Source: an uncultured Alphaproteobacteria bacterium (GTDB lineage: Bacteria; Pseudomonadota; Alphaproteobacteria; ATCC43930; CGMCC-115725). From it: 64,000 bases of DNA. This document shows positions 63,997 through 64,000 of the stretch, piece by piece (position 1 is the stretch's first letter; each line of letters starts with the position of its first letter). Location: positions 654-64,653 of the forward strand of contig CAVSPW010000008.1 in assembly GCA_963729935.1 (NCBI GenBank), given 5' to 3'. The notes beneath the pieces are model-generated. The model did not search any database. It was not told the DNA's origin and saw only the letters and a program-made list of their open reading frames with translations. The position numbers and the translations under genes are program-made.

Positions 63997-64000
63997 ATAG

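Overview
High-GC chromosomal segment with alphaproteobacterial, Hyphomicrobiales/Rhizobiales-like gene content (inferred from glnE-bcp, TctC/TctA, Bug/NMT1/TRAP binding proteins and a possible SAM-II-like leader). About 65 protein genes are supportable. Mobile and repeat content: a partial IS3-family element at the left edge with an A7 frameshift site, and a 1.7-kb cassette with two diverged IS200-like/REP-associated tyrosine transposase (RAYT-type) genes bounded by a shared 19-nt motif. Regulatory and transport content: a clear fluoride riboswitch upstream of crcB, a metal ABC importer, an RND pump plus adaptor, a TctC/TctA(-B fusion) system and several orphan periplasmic binding proteins. 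Other genes: dps, an ECF sigma/anti-sigma pair, five stand-alone SAM methyltransferases, an orphan phage terminase small subunit, an orphan CpaF ATPase, an AsmA/YhdP-like giant protein, glnE, bcp and metY. No rRNA, tRNA or CRISPR was found. The most unusual signals are: (i) the double-RAYT cassette; (ii) two related tandem hairpin-repeat arrays (38-nt and 44-nt periods) that fill the intergenic spaces on both sides of one binding-protein gene; (iii) a divergent cluster of DUF3775, RNase Z-like MBL and CapA-type phosphoesterase facing rtcA-phaZ, which could be an RNA-end processing module; (iv) a dispersed ~80-bp hairpin element downstream of three genes; (v) single-base indels that break three otherwise conserved genes (glnE, the RND pump, the ZnuA-like protein), which suggests sequence errors or recent decay. 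All functional calls come from reading the translations by eye; no searches were run.
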